From positions 165,292,001 through 165,356,000 of the forward strand of contig OZ024740.1 in NCBI GenBank assembly GCA_964016885.1: a stretch of 64,000 nt of DNA, written 5' to 3'. Positions 1 through 14,384 of the stretch are shown one piece after another; position 1 is the stretch's first letter, and each line of letters begins with the position of its first letter. The position numbers and the translations under genes were made by a program. Source of the DNA: Eledone cirrhosa (lineage: Eukaryota). Under the pieces are notes generated by a model. It saw only the letters and a program-made list of their open reading frames with translations. It was not told the origin of the DNA and made no database searches.

Positions 1-1110
1 CTAGGTTCTTGGTTATGATGGCAGGATGGTTGTAATGCTACCTTATGTAATTAAGCATTTCATTCGGCTTTCTATACGGGTAATACAACCCATTCAATAA
101 ATTGAGGGTAACGTCGAGGTAATTAACGGCCGAGAGATTGGCCTCAACCTGTATAGAGAGGTTGAAGCCTTTAAAGAAGGCTGTGAGTTCTTTTCTGAAC
201 CTGTCGCAAGCACGAGGTCCGCACTTAGTCATGGTCAAAAGACCATCGTCACGGTACAAACCACCGCCCGCGTTGGGGAATTCGTCCTTGATAGAGAAAA
301 TCAGGAAAGGCCGATAAGATCAGTAACCTCCGCAGAATCACTGGCGCCCATACTCACGTCGAATGGGGACTATTGGATTTTTTAATCCAAATAGAGTCGT
401 CGAAATTAATCACCGACTATCGGGCATTGAGGATGACATCAACTTCGAAATCCTTAACCACTGTGAATGTTTTAGCGAAATTGATAGCTCTAAGGAGAAG
501 TGGTAAAGTGATGGAGGAGTAGTAATTGTTGATGTCGAATTGGATAAAACGGCTATGTTCCTTGTTACATATGCCGTTGAACCAATCAATCACCGCGAAA
601 GAATTGTTCCACAGTGCAAGAGGGGCCAAACTTCTAATTTCAGGTATAATTCAATCAAGAACCGTTTTACTAAGTCTACCTAAATCGGACTTCGTAGGGT
701 TAATAAGCCGAATAGAGGGGTTGTTCGGAAAATTGGATTTGTGATCCTTCATGGTAAAGTGGGGAGAAATAGGGTCCAGAGGTTCGGTCCGGTCCAGGAT
801 GTTGAGATCAGATGTGATTTTAAACCCAGCATCGTTGATTTCATTGATGACGCACCGATTAGTTTTACGGTAACCCTTAGTTACAGCATGATGTAGTAGT
901 TGATGTTAAGTACTGCGCCCCACTTGATATAGGTTGCCAGTTTCGTCGGAATGGACGTGCACGGCATTAGAATCCTTAATAGAACGAATACTATTCTTCA
1001 GCCCTTGCTGGAAGGAATTACTCCTATTCAGAAATTTGATACTCCGAATGAGTTCCAAGACATCATTTTCGAAGGGTAGCAATGCTGGGTTACACGGGGG
1101 GTTATTATAG
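1..1110 (-). mobile_element. Decayed Penelope-like element, RT region (YRDD type); runs off the window start
   Basis: ORF 417-629 has RFIQFDINNYYSSI (RT motif A). ORF 38-259 has YRDDGL and NYLDVTLNL..YRKPN (motifs C and E). Frameshifts and stops lie between them. Confidence 0.85.
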
Positions 1111-1198
1111 GTTTATCCAAATTTATCCTGTTTGCTGTCTGCTTTTCGCGGATTATCGAGCGCTCTTTGGATTTTAGTCTTCAAATTTATTATTATTA

Positions 1199-1238
<40 letters not shown>

Positions 1239-1790
1239 AATTAACTCTGCCATTCAATTCCTTAGTAGTAATAAGTGTAAAAACTCCTGATATTACAACA
1301 GAAGTCTGAACTTAGTCCGACTGATCCCTATTTTTCTGTCTAAGAACATACTTTATATACCGAAAAGGTGTCTTTACATAACGTGTTGAAACAAATCTGT
1401 GCTTATATTCTATAGAATATAGAGAATAACACCTAAATTGAGTCGTTAACAACATTGATGTTCGAATATCGTAGGTCTCAACAAACCTTCCAAATTCTAT
1501 ATAGCTCAATGTTTGTCCCTACATAAACCTATCATCAATGCTGTATTATTGTCGTTGTAGTTCTTATTTAAGTCGTGGTTGGTTTTTTTTTTTTTTTTTT
1601 GAAACAATAATATAAATTTATCTGCTAAATATAGTAGAAAAATCTCCCTCATATTTTATGCTACCATCTTATAATGTCCAGGGTATATAATTCCTGTAGG
1701 GCAAAATAATCCTCGGGATAGTCATAATGGAAATAACTATCAAGCAAAACATCTGGTTAAACAACACTAAGAACAAAAACAAGAACAACA

Positions 1791-1824
<34 letters not shown>

Positions 1825-1981
1825 ATATAGTTATACTTTGGGAGGGTCATGTTGCCAATAAGAAACACACGCACCAGTTGCTTTCACTTCAATTTATTAT
1901 AATAAATTTATAATAAATTTATAAATTTATAAATTTCTGGTTGGTTGGTTGGTTCCACAACCAGATAGTTGTTTATATATT

Positions 1982-2024
1982 GTCATAGTTCTTTCGTCAC
2001 ACACTATGTGACCTATTCAGTAAC
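1982..2024 (-). ncRNA. Minimal type I hammerhead motif in PLE terminal repeat, core mutated (CUGAAUA)
   Basis: Minus strand: GTTA CTGAATA G GTCACA tagtg TGTGAC GAAA GAAC TA TGAC. Confidence 0.6.
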
Positions 2025-2365
2025 TGGGATTCCTTTCTTTGTTTCTGTGCCTCTCCTTTGTTCTGACCTACGCCATTTTGTTTCTGTGTGTGTGTTGTGT
2101 GCTCAGTCTGCGCATGCGCCACATCCGTGTGTCTGTGTGTGTTTATGTTCATTTATTTATTTGTTTATTTACATGTTACTGGTTGGTTGTTTGTTCTATG
2201 TGTGTGTGTCTTTTCATTTTGTCCTTAATTGTAAGTTGTGATGTTGCTGTTCCACTCATATTTTCTATTTAATTTTGGTTGTAATTCTTTTATCTTTATT
2301 GCCTCTGTAATTTGTCTAAACATTGCGTCTTTTCTGTGTGTAGATTCTATTTTTATTTCTATGTT

Positions 2366-4654
2366 CTATAATTTACCCCTGTGTTCTATTTTAGAATGTT
2401 GGTAGAGTACAGATGATTCTTTACTATCTTGAAGGTCTTGCCAGTGTTCATTTATCCGTTCCCCTACACTACGAGCTGTCTCACCTATGTACACTATATT
2501 TTTGTCTCTACATTGTCCTTCAGTACATCTTATGCTATACACTACATTTCTAGTTTTACAGTTAATATGGGGGCTTATTTTACAGGTTATACATTTCTTA
2601 TCTATACATGAGGGTCTTTGAAAAGGGTATGTCTTGCTAATAAGTGTTTTTACAGAGGTACCTGGTCTTTCTACTATCTTAATATTGAGTTTATGTTTAT
2701 TTAGGGCCCTTCTAAATTTGTAAGCTAATTCACCTCTAGGGGTTGTATCGATGAACATTACACTCTGGTATTTATTGCTATCATACCATGAGTTTATTCT
2801 ATTAGCCTTGTTCCTAGTTCTTTCTATTCTATTCCAAAATTTGCTCCTATACAAGAGGCAGGTCCCATTTATGTCATTATTTACCATTTTTTCCCATTTG
2901 GTTCTGGCTCCTCTATACACTCTGATTTTATCTCTCTGATTGTAGCCAGAGAACTGCATACGGTGGATGAAGTGTTGTATGTGTCTCTCTAGTTCTTCTG
3001 GGTTGCACATGCGGGACACGTTTCTCATCACCCGTACCAAATCCGCAATCAGTATGTTGATTTTTGTATAGTCCGAAACGGCCGAGTTTCGGTGGATCAG
3101 ATGTTTGGAAGTCATGGGTTTGGCATAATGGGAATGGAGGATTTGTTTTTTGTTATTCATGGTATCTAACCAGAGCTCTGTGTCTAGTACAGGTAATCGA
3201 TGGTTGGGGTGTTTACTTGGGTAGTCTATAGTAACTCCAATGCTCTGGTGGATGGAGTTAGCTATTTGCTGGATGCTTTCCATTGTGTTTTTCTCTAGTT
3301 CCTGACTGTTCTCTAGTGGGGATGTCTTAACTACGATGTTTATATCATCAAAGTAGCGGGAGTACATCATCAGGGTTAAGGGGTCTTCTAATTGTTCTTT
3401 AAGCTTAAGTTTAAGTCTACTGTCCCACCATACCATGAATAAGTTAGCTATGTCGCCTGCAATGCTAACACCAATGGCTGCTCCTTCCTCTTGGGCATAT
3501 GTTTTTCCATTAAATTTTAACATATGTTCCTTAAGGGTTACTTTTATGCTGGCCCCTACCGCATGTGCAATCATTTTCTTCAGTTCATCGTGGTTTTCGG
3601 ATGTCCCTATGGCTCTGGTCCACCCGTTCCATCTATCTGTGTGGGTTTTCTTGGCCATTGAGGTAATGGTAGGTGGTCTGCCTCTTGCTGGTCTTGTAGG
3701 GCGCAGGTTGCTAAGGTCATATGTGTCTAGGTAATTATTACTGTAGGTAAGTTTAAGTAGGAGTCCCAGCTCACTGGTATCAATCCCACGGAACTCAACA
3801 TTGCTCTCACTGATCATTTCTACGCATTTCTCCACAGCAAAATCCACGTCAATAGATAGATAGAGGGACACAACATCCATACTCATTATTATGCAGTTTG
3901 TTAGATCCCTAGATCGGTTACTCACGCCGATTCTGCTGAGGAGGTCCTCCGTGCTGTCACATACATCTGGGGACATTTCAATGATGGGGCGTATGATCAG
4001 GGAGAGGAAGTAGGACAGTCTGTAGTTACTAGCAATATTAGCTCCACAGACTGGCCGTGTTGGTGGTCCCGCGACAGGGTCACTGCCCGTTTTATGGTCT
4101 TTTCGAAGCCCATACAACGCCGGCACGTCATTGTTCCAGGCCTGGAAGTTGTTGGCAGTACTTTTGTTGGGCTGCATTATATTCGTCCACATCACCATAT
4201 GGGCATTGAGGGCTTTTTCTCTATCCTCATGCTCCTGTGGTGTTACCTCTCTTGTGTTAGTGATGTGGGGTTGCATTGCCTGGATGTAGTTTGGCAGGCT
4301 GTCAACCGACATTCTGCCAGACTTGTCTGTTGGAAAGCATGCTATCTCTCCATTACGCGAGCGCTGCATGACCTTACGCAAGCCATTTGCAGATTTTTCT
4401 CCCAGTTGCTGGGCCTCCATTCTATTATGCTTCTTGCTATACTGTTCTATATTTCTAAGTTCGGATCTAGCTATACTAAATTGTGCTTCTGTTTGTTCAT
4501 CGACCTGCGACGGCAATTGCGTGCGTTTGTTAAATGGTAAAGTCGTGGCGTGGACTCGTCGCAGGTCGAACGATTTATCGGAGGGATTATAAAAAGTAGA
4601 GTTCCAGGCTGCTGCTTTATGTGTACTAGTGCTATTGTTATTGTTAGTTGTGTT
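2366..4654 (-). pseudogene. PLE RT-GIY-YIG ORF, open but defective (YFDD in place of YVDD; premature TAG in the endonuclease)
   Basis: DKSGR, LYGLRKDHK, TRPV, MDVVSLY, GAAIG..IANLFM, SRYFDD, LPVLD, then CIDKKCITC and NVVYSIRC..YIGETARSVGERINEH. Confidence 0.93.
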
Positions 4655-7600
4655 TGTTAACAAACACACAGACACAGAAAACAAGTAATGACAGTAGCAC
4701 AGAAATCACAGAAATAAGGGAAAGTAATATGATTAAAAGGAGAACGGTGAACCAAGACGAACACACAGACACACAAAATAGGGTAGATAACAACAATGAG
4801 CCAGTGGAAAGAGACAGGAGTAATTAGGAGAGACATAGAAACAACCATGAGGCTGTGGTGGAAATGGAAATAGAAACAACACAACTAACAATAAAAATAG
4901 CACTAGTACACATAAAGCAGCAGCCTGGAACTCTACTTTTTATAATCTCTCCGATAATCGTTCGACCTGCTACGAGTCCACGCCACGACTTTACCAATTA
5001 ACAAACGCACGCAATTGCCGTCGCAGGTCGATGAACAAACAGAAGCACAATTTAGTATAGCTAGATCCGAACTCAGAAATATTATAGAACAGTATAGCAA
5101 GAAGCATAATAGAATGGAGGCCCAGCAACTGGGAGAAAAATCTGCAAATGGCTTGCGTAAGCTCATGCAGCGCTCGCGTAATGGAGAGATAGCATGCTTT
5201 CCAACAGACAAGTCTGGCCGAATGTCGGTTGACAGCCTGCCAAACTACATCCAGGCAATGCAACCCCACATCACTAACACAAGAGAGGTAACACCACAGG
5301 AGCACGAGGATAGAGAAAAAGACCTCAATGCCCATATGGTGATGTGGACGAATATAATGCAGCCCAACAAAAGGACTGCCAACAACTTCCAGGCCTGGAA
5401 CAATGACGTGCCGGCGTTGTATGGGCTTCGACAAGACCATAAAACGGGCAGTGACCCTGTCGCGGGACCACCAACACGGCCAGTCTGTGGAGCTAACATT
5501 GCTAGTAACTACAGACTGTCCTACTTCCTCTCCCTGATCATACGCCCATCATTGAAATGTCCCCAGATGTATGTGACAGCACGGAGGACCTCCTCAGCAG
5601 AATCGGCGAGAGTAATCGATCTAGGGACCTAACAAACTGCATAATAGGTAGTATGGATGTTGTGTCCCTGTATCCATCTATTGACGTGGATTTTGCTGTG
5701 GAGAAATGCGTAGAAATGATCAGTGAGAGCAATGTTGAGTTCCGTGGGATTGATACCAGTGAGCTGGGACTCCTACTTAAACTTACCTATAGTAATAATT
5801 ACTTAGTCACATATGACCTTAACAACCTGTGCCCTACAAGACCAGCAAGAGGCAGACCACATACCATTACCTCAATGGCCAAGAAAACCCACACAGATAG
5901 ATGGAACGGGTGGACCAGAGCCATACGGACACCCGAAAACCACGATGAACTGAAGAAAATGATTGCACATGCGGTAGGGGCCAGCATAAAACTAACCCTT
6001 AAGGAACATATGTTAAAATTTAATGGAAAAACATATGCCCAAGAGGAAGGAGCAGCCATTGGTGTTAGCATTGCAGGCGACATAGCTAACTTATGCATGG
6101 TATGGTGGGACAGTAGACTTAAACTTAAGCTTAAAGAACAATTAGAAGACCCCTTAACGTACTCACGCTACGTTGATGATATAAACATCGTAGTTAAGAC
6201 ACCCCCACCAGAGAAAATCAGGAACTAGAGGAAAACACAATGGAAAGCATCCAGCAAATAGCTAACTCCATCCACCAGAGCATTGGAGTTACTATAGACT
6301 ACCCAAGTAAACACCCCAACCATCGATTACCTGTACTAGACACAGAGCTCTGGTTAGATACCATGAATAACAAAAAACAAATCCTCCATTCCCATTATGC
6401 CAAACCCATGACTTCCAAACATCTGATCCACCGAAACTCGGCCGTTTCGGACCATACCAAAATCAACATACTGATTGCGGATTTATTACGGGTGATGAGA
6501 AATGTGTCCCGCATGTGCAACCCCGAAGAACTAGAGAGACACATACAACACTTCATCCACCGTATGCAGTTCTCTGGCTACAATCAGAGAGATAAAATCA
6601 GATTGTATAGAGGAGCCAGAACCAAATGAGAAAAAATGGTAAATAATGACATAAATGGGACCTGCCCCTTGTATAGGAGCAAATTTTGGAATAGAATAGA
6701 AAGAACTAGGAACAAGGCTAATAGAATAAACTCATGGTATGATAGCAATAAATACCAGAGTGTAATGTTCATCGATACAACCCCTAGAGGTGAATTAGCT
6801 TACAAATTTAGAAGGGCCCTAAATAAACATAAACTCAATATTAAGATAGTAGAAAGACCAGGTACCTCTGTAAAAACACTTATTAGCAAGACATACCCTT
6901 TTCAAAGACCCTCATGTATAGATAAGAAATGTATAACCTGTAAAGTAAGCCCCCATATTAACTATAAAACTAGAAATGTAGTGTATAGCATAAGATGTAC
7001 TGAAGGACAATGTAGAGACAAAAATATAGTGTACATAGGTGAGACAGCTCGTAGTGTAGGGGAACGGATAAATGAACACTGGCGAGACCTTCAAGACAGT
7101 AAAGAATCATCTGTACTCTACCAACATGCTAAAATAGAACACAGGGGTAAATTAGAGAACATAGACATAAAAATAGAATCTACACACAGAAAAGACGCAA
7201 TGTTTAGACAAATCACAGAGGCAATAAACATAAAAGAATTACACCCAAAATTAAATAGAAAATATGAGTGGAACAGCAACATCACAACTTACAATTAAGG
7301 ACAAAATGAAAAGACACACACACATAGAACAAACAACCAACCAGTAACATGTAAATAAACAAATAAATAAATGAACATAAACACACACAGACACCCGGAT
7401 GTGGCGCATGCGCAGACTGAGCACACAACACACACACAGAAACAAAATGGCGTAGGACAGAACAAAGGAGAGGCACAGAAACAAAGAAAGGAATCCCCAG
7501 TCACTGAAGAGGTCACATAGTGTGTGACGAAAGAACTATGGCAATATATAAACAACTATCTGGTTGTGGAACCAACCAACCAACCAGAAATTTATAAATT

Positions 7601-7753
7601 TATAAATTTATTATAAATTTATTATAATAAATTGAAGTGAAAGCAACTGGTGCGTGTATTTCCTATTGGCAACATGACCCTCCCAAAGTATAACAATATC
7701 GGTTTCAACACACGATTTCAGATAAAGAATCTTGCTAAACAAATTCAGAAACG

Positions 7754-7755
<2 letters not shown>
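4655..7755 (+). mobile_element. Penelope-like element, right arm (5'-truncated, frameshifted RT-GIY-YIG, 3' terminal repeat)
   Basis: ORF pieces 5015-5632, 5557-6228 (GSMDVVSLYPSI, SRYVDD), 6240-6629 and 6636-7298 (complete GIY-YIG to LNRKYEW). Ends in (TA)n at ~7756. Confidence 0.95.
7500..7542 (+). ncRNA. Minimal type I hammerhead ribozyme motif in PLE terminal repeat
   Basis: GTCA CTGAAGA G GTCACA tagtg TGTGAC GAAA GAAC TA TGGC; core intact, 6-bp stem II, very short stem III. Confidence 0.75.
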
Positions 7756-7793
<38 letters not shown>

Positions 7794-7794
7794 T

Positions 7795-8040
7795 ATAAAT
7801 TATGTCCATAGAATAATTTGATAAGATATATACACCATCTCCTTTCCCAATCAGCATAATCAACCACACAAAAAAAAAACAATTAAACCAGGCTATCAGA
7901 TTAAAAGGCAATTATGAAGAAATAATAGATAAATAAATGACAGCCATCTATTCGCGATCAACAGCTATAGAATAATTACCCATGAATAGCACGTGGAAAT
8001 CGATTAAATATATGGTCAACCATACACAATTAGGTATAAA
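7795..8040. repeat. Dispersed repeat, diverged homolog of 26540-26790
   Basis: Shared atgtcYatagaat, tcccaatYagcataatYaaccaca, tatgaagaaat and aattaggtRtaaaat in the same order. Confidence 0.65.
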
Positions 8041-8049
8041 ATATATATA

Positions 8050-8472
8050 CCCGTTCTCTCTGTTGCTCTCACTTTCTTTCGCCCCCACTGTCAGTTACAC
8101 TTTCTCTCGACTGACCTCTTCCACGCACTTCCACTCACTCACCCTCTGTTTCTCCCCTTCTCACTTCCTCCCGTTTGGCTTGTAGTGGGTTCTCTTCTTG
8201 CTCACATCTCACTCACGTCGGACGGTCTGTATCTCGTTCGCTCATGAAATTCACCCAGATTATGCTCTACCGGATAACCATGTTGCTTGTTTATTTCTAT
8301 CTTTGCGTTGCTTTCATCCTTCTCTGTTGTTTACTTGTCTCACTCGCATCAACCTGAGGTATATGATTTTTAATGCGATGAAATATCAATGATGGTTGGC
8401 AAATCACTGACGAAGGACTATTTTTATCATATGTAACCCATGTGCAACCACGCAGTATTCTTCTTTCTTCTC

Positions 8473-8475
<3 letters not shown>
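8050..8475 (+). repeat. Copy of the ~518-bp non-coding unit family (see 14385-15005), with degenerate HHR-like fold at 8349-8399
   Basis: Shared cacttccactcactca, ttctccccttctcacttc, gaggtatatgatttttaatgc and ggcaaatcactga. Confidence 0.75.
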
Positions 8476-8897
<422 letters not shown>

Positions 8898-9137
8898 TTC
8901 CATTTATACATGAAACGTCACGATAATTCTAAAACAATACATGTATTGTATTTGAGATGTTTGGTGGGTGGCATAAACTCTACAGCGACGGGCAAAAATA
9001 TTCTCCCGTGTCCTGTTGCAACAATCTACATTGCAAACTAAATTTAACTTTAACTTTTAAGAAATGTAGACAGAAACAACTATAAACACCATCTCACTAA
9101 AATATGTGGCCTTTTGCTTGATTAAATTGGAAATTAT

Positions 9138-9660
<523 letters not shown>

Positions 9661-9799
9661 GCAATTACAATAGCAACACCAACAACAAACAAAAGGAAAT
9701 CCTTAACCATAATCCTACTGGGGGATAAATATTCCGGGGGGAACATCATTTAAGTAAACATGAACTTGATTCCATTGTGTGCTTTACCATCAATCCCCA

Positions 9800-11815
9800 A
9801 CAACACCAGAACTACCAACATCACCAGAGCTACCAACATCACCAGAGCTACCAACATCACCAGAGCTACCAACATCACCAGAACTACCAACATCACCAGA
9901 GCTACCAACATCACCAGAACTACCAACATCACCAGAGCTACCAACATCACCAGAGCTACCAACATCACCAGAGCTACCAACATCACCAGAACTACCAACA
10001 TCACCAGAGCTACCAACATCACCAGAACTACCAACATCACCAGAGCTACCAACATCACCAGAACTACCAACATCACCAGAGCTACCAACATCACCAGAGC
10101 TACCAACATCACCAGAACTACCAACATCACCAGAGCTACCAACATCACCATCAACCGCCAACAACACCAGAGCTACAAATATCACCATCAACCCCCAACA
10201 ACACCCGAGCTACCAACATCACCATCAACCCCCAACAGCACCCCAGCCACCAACATCACCATCAACAACACCCCAGCCACCAACATCAACACCAACAACA
10301 CCCCAGCTACCAACATCACCATCAACCGCCAACAACACCAGAGCTACCAACATCACCAGAGCTCCCAACATCACCATCAACCCCCAACAGCACCCCGGCC
10401 ACCAACATCACCACCAACAACACCCCAGCTACCAACATCACCACCAACAACACCCCAGCCACCAACATCACCACCAACAACACCCCAGCCACCAACATCA
10501 CCACCAACAACACCCCAGCCACCAACATCACCACCAACAACACCCCAGCCACCAACATCACCACCAACAACACCCCAGCCACCAACATCACCACCAACAA
10601 CACCCCAGCCACCAACATCACCACCAACAACACCCCAGCCACCAACATCACCACCAACAACACCCCAGCCACCAACATCACCACCACCAACACCCCAGCT
10701 ACCAACATCACCCCCAACAACACCCCAGCCACCAACATCACCACCAACAACACCCCAGCTACCAACATCACCACCAACAACACCCCAGCCACCAACATCA
10801 CCACCAACAACACCCCAGCTACCAACATCACCACCAACAACACCCCAGCTACCAACATCACCACCAACAACACCCCAGCTACCAACATCACCACCAACAA
10901 CACCCCAGCTACCAACATCACCACCAACAACACCCCAGCTACCAACATCACCACCAACAACACCCCAGCCACCAACATCACTACCAACAACACCCCAGCC
11001 ACCAACATCACCACCAACAACACCCCAGCTACCAACATCACCACCAACAACACCCCAGCCACCAACACCAGAGCTACCAACAACACCCCAGCTACCAACA
11101 TCACCACCAACAACACCCCAGCCACCAACATCACCACCACCAACACCCCAGCCACCAACATCACCACCAACAACACCCCAGCCACCAACATCACCACCAA
11201 CAACACCCCAGCCACCAACATCACCACCAACAACACCCCAGCCACCAACATCACCACCAACAACACTCCAGCCACCAACATCACCACCAACAACACCCCA
11301 GCCACCAACATCACCACCAACAACACCCCAGTTACCAACATCACCACCAACAACACCACAGCCACCAACATCACCATCAACAACACCCCAGTTACCAACA
11401 TCACCACCAACAACACCCCAGCCACCAACATCACCACCACCAACACCCCAGCCACCAACATCACCACCAACAACACCCCAGCCACCAACATCACCACCAC
11501 CAACACCCCAGCCACCAACATCACCACCAACAACACCCCAGCTACCAACATCACCACCAACAACACCCCAGCCACCAACATCACCACCAACAACACCCCA
11601 GCCACCAACATCACCACCAACAACACTCCAGCCACCAACATCACCACCAACAACACCCCAGCTACCAACATCACCACCAACAACACCCCAGCCACCAACA
11701 TCACCACCAACAACACCCCACCCACCAACATCACCACCAACAGCATCCCAGCCACCAACATCACCACCAACATCACCACCAACAACACCCCAGCCACCAA
11801 CATCACCACCAACAT
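9800..11815. repeat. C/A-rich minisatellite: 18-bp unit (accagaRctaccaacatc) to ~10150, mixed zone, then 30-bp unit (ccaccaacaacaccccagcYaccaacatca)
   Basis: Read directly; stop-free in all three plus frames because T is scarce. Confidence 0.97.
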
Positions 11816-12111
11816 CATTGCAGCTACTCACAGCAACACGATTTATCCTGTGGCCATTTGATATTGTAAGAAATCGTTATTAATCGTCACAAGATAAATG
11901 TTGTGGTTATAGATTTGTTGGTGATATTATTGTTATTGTAATCGTTATAATTATATCATGGCACGATTATACTAGCAGTGTCGTCATTTCAAGCCTCCTA
12001 ACAACACTTCGATACATCAATCAATATAATTACATAATTGTATGCATGCTCAATTACAGCCGTATATATATGTATGTATATGTCATGTCTCTCTCTTTCT
12101 CAATTGCTCTG

Positions 12112-12158
<47 letters not shown>

Positions 12159-12164
<6 letters not shown>

Positions 12165-12317
12165 TTTACATGTGTATGTGTAATATTGTTATTGCGCGGG
12201 AAGGCATGTATCTGTGTTAATTAATCATAATTATATTCGTGATGAGGAGTAAGAATCAATTATCAAAAGTATGAAACAGAACGCCGATTTGTATCATATA
12301 TGTATATGATTAATTAT
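12159..12317. repeat. ~160-bp repeat; inverted copy at 14171-14328, partial inverted copy at 12771-12808
   Basis: gtatctgtgttaattaatcataattatattcgtgatgaggagtaagaatc occurs as reverse complement at ~14229-14279. Confidence 0.9.
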
Positions 12318-12326
12318 ATATATATA

Positions 12327-12590
12327 AACGGAAAAATGAAACGAAATTTCATTTCCCACTCTTAGAAACTAGTACAGCGTTCCTTTGTCAGTGTTGAACA
12401 AACGAGCGAAGATGGTTGCTGGACACTACGGCTTAATACGGGATGTTTGTTTACAAACATACCGAGCATCATATTAAATGTTCGGTGAATCCATACGTAC
12501 ATATATATATGTGTGCATGTATGTATATATATATATATACATACTACTGTACGTCTGTATACATATATGTATGTACGTGTACATACTTAT
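12327..12590. repeat. Rearranged partial copy of the 428-bp HHR unit family (24690-25815)
   Basis: aatgaaacgaaatttcatttcYcactcttag joined to the opposite-strand gaaactagta...gttcggtgaatccatacgtac. Confidence 0.85.
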
Positions 12591-12675
12591 ATATATATAT
12601 ATATATATATATATAACAGTGAGTGTGTTCTGTTATTAATTCTGGCAATATTATTACACAAATATGACCCTCCCC

Positions 12676-12777
<102 letters not shown>

Positions 12778-13093
12778 TCATATACATATATGATACATAT
12801 CGGCGTTTGTATATAAAACTATGGATTATATACAAGTATATACATAACCTGGAAATTATTTATCCCAAATTGTAGATATTTTATAACGAAACGGCCGTCT
12901 GGAAGGAAAGAGATATTTACTTAATAATGTCTGATATAAAATAATACAACCAGCTATCCTCGAAATACTGATTAGTTAGCACCCCAAACACTAAATTGGA
13001 AAAATACTTAGGTATATCCTAATGTTTGTTGAGTGAGATGGAGTTGGTCGGAGTATCGCTTAAGGCTTTCTCTGTTTTTGAATTGTATATATA

Positions 13094-13440
13094 TCGTTTC
13101 TGAATTTGTTTAGCAAGATTCTTTATCTGAAAACGTGTGTTGAAACCGATATTGTTATACTTTGGGAGGGTCATGCTGCCAATAAGAAACACACGCACCA
13201 GTGTTTCTCTTCAATTTATTATAATAAATTTATAAATTTAGGAATTTATAAATATCCGGTTGGTTGGTTGGTTCCACAATCAGATGATTGTTTATATATT
13301 GTCAAAGTTCTTTCGTCACACATTCTGGGACCTCTTCAGTGACTTGGGATTCTTTTCTTTGTTTTTGTGCCTCTCCTTTGTTCTGTCCTACGCCATCTTG
13401 TTTTTGTGTGTGTTTTGTGCGTAGTTTGCGCATGTGTTAC
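13094..13440 (-). mobile_element. Solo 3' terminal repeat of the 1830-7755 PLE family, with HHR at 13301-13343
   Basis: Matches ~7400-7755 in reverse. HHR: GTCA CTGAAGA G GTC..GAC GAAA GAAC TT TGAC. Confidence 0.9.
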
Positions 13441-13494
13441 ATAAATATATGTGTGAGTATATATATACATGTGTGTATATATATATGTATGTAT

Positions 13495-13621
<127 letters not shown>

Positions 13622-13624
13622 ATA

Positions 13625-13985
13625 TAAGGCGGGTAAAATTCCCGAGATCCATGGACGAGTTCTCTCCAGCTGTCTCTGTCCCTCATTATCGCTGCCATGT
13701 CCTGCGTCTCCAACAGACCAGTGTCTGTCCTTAGGGCATCAACATACGTTAACCTTGGTCTTCCTCTTCTAGTGTGTCCATTTGGGGGCTCCCAAAGGAG
13801 TACTGAGTGTAATGTCAACTCTGGATGTCGGTGAGCATGTCCAGCTAACCTCAGTCTCCTCTGTGTCACTTTTGAGCTGACTTTTGGGATGCTCCCATAC
13901 AGCTCTGAGTTTTTCATCCTCAGTGTATACTAATTAATGTCCAGAGCCTTCCTCGGCATTCTCGTGTAGCACCCATCCACCATGT
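13625..13985 (-). mobile_element. RTE-clade LINE, 3' fragment ending in (TA)n
   Basis: [32 protein letters not shown]; same family as 53976-54536. Confidence 0.88.
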
Positions 13986-13994
13986 ATATACCAG

Positions 13995-14120
13995 AGTTGT
14001 ACCATAGTTTTCAAGTCGCTGGCTGGACTAAAAAGCCACACCCGTTCAGCGCATCGGTAGGGGTTCTCCTACATGGATATAAAGTAGTTGCCGTACTCGA
14101 AAACGAGTTGGCAGCCACCA
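13995..14120 (+). mobile_element. 3' tail of a second RTE-like LINE family
   Basis: ttttcaagtcgctggctggactaaaaag...gccgtactcgaaaacgagttggcagcYacc; also at 27060-27325 and 41390-41510. Confidence 0.75.
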
Positions 14121-14126
14121 TATATA

Positions 14127-14177
<51 letters not shown>

Positions 14178-14384
14178 TCATATACTTATATGATACAAAT
14201 CGGCGTTCTGTTTCATACTTTTGATAATTGATTCTTACTCCTCATCACGAATATAATTATGATTAATTAACACAGATACATGCATTCCCGCGCAACAACA
14301 ATATTACACATACACTTGTAAAGTATATATATATATATATATGTGTGTGTGTATATATATATGTATGTATATATATATATATAT

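Larger units (their letters stand above)
1830..4654 (-). mobile_element. Penelope-like element, left arm of palindrome (5'-truncated; RT + GIY-YIG + 3' terminal repeat)
   Basis: Reverse complement of 4878-7694; bounded by (TA)n ending at 1829. Confidence 0.95.

Noticed and set aside
6627-6629. In-frame TGA in the PLE ORF as possible selenocysteine
   Set aside because: The other arm has TGG (Trp) at this position; it is a nonsense mutation.
9760-11883. ~700-aa mucin/extensin-like CDS or CRISPR-like array
   Set aside because: Open in nearly all frames owing to composition; no signal peptide or unique domain; no unique spacers.
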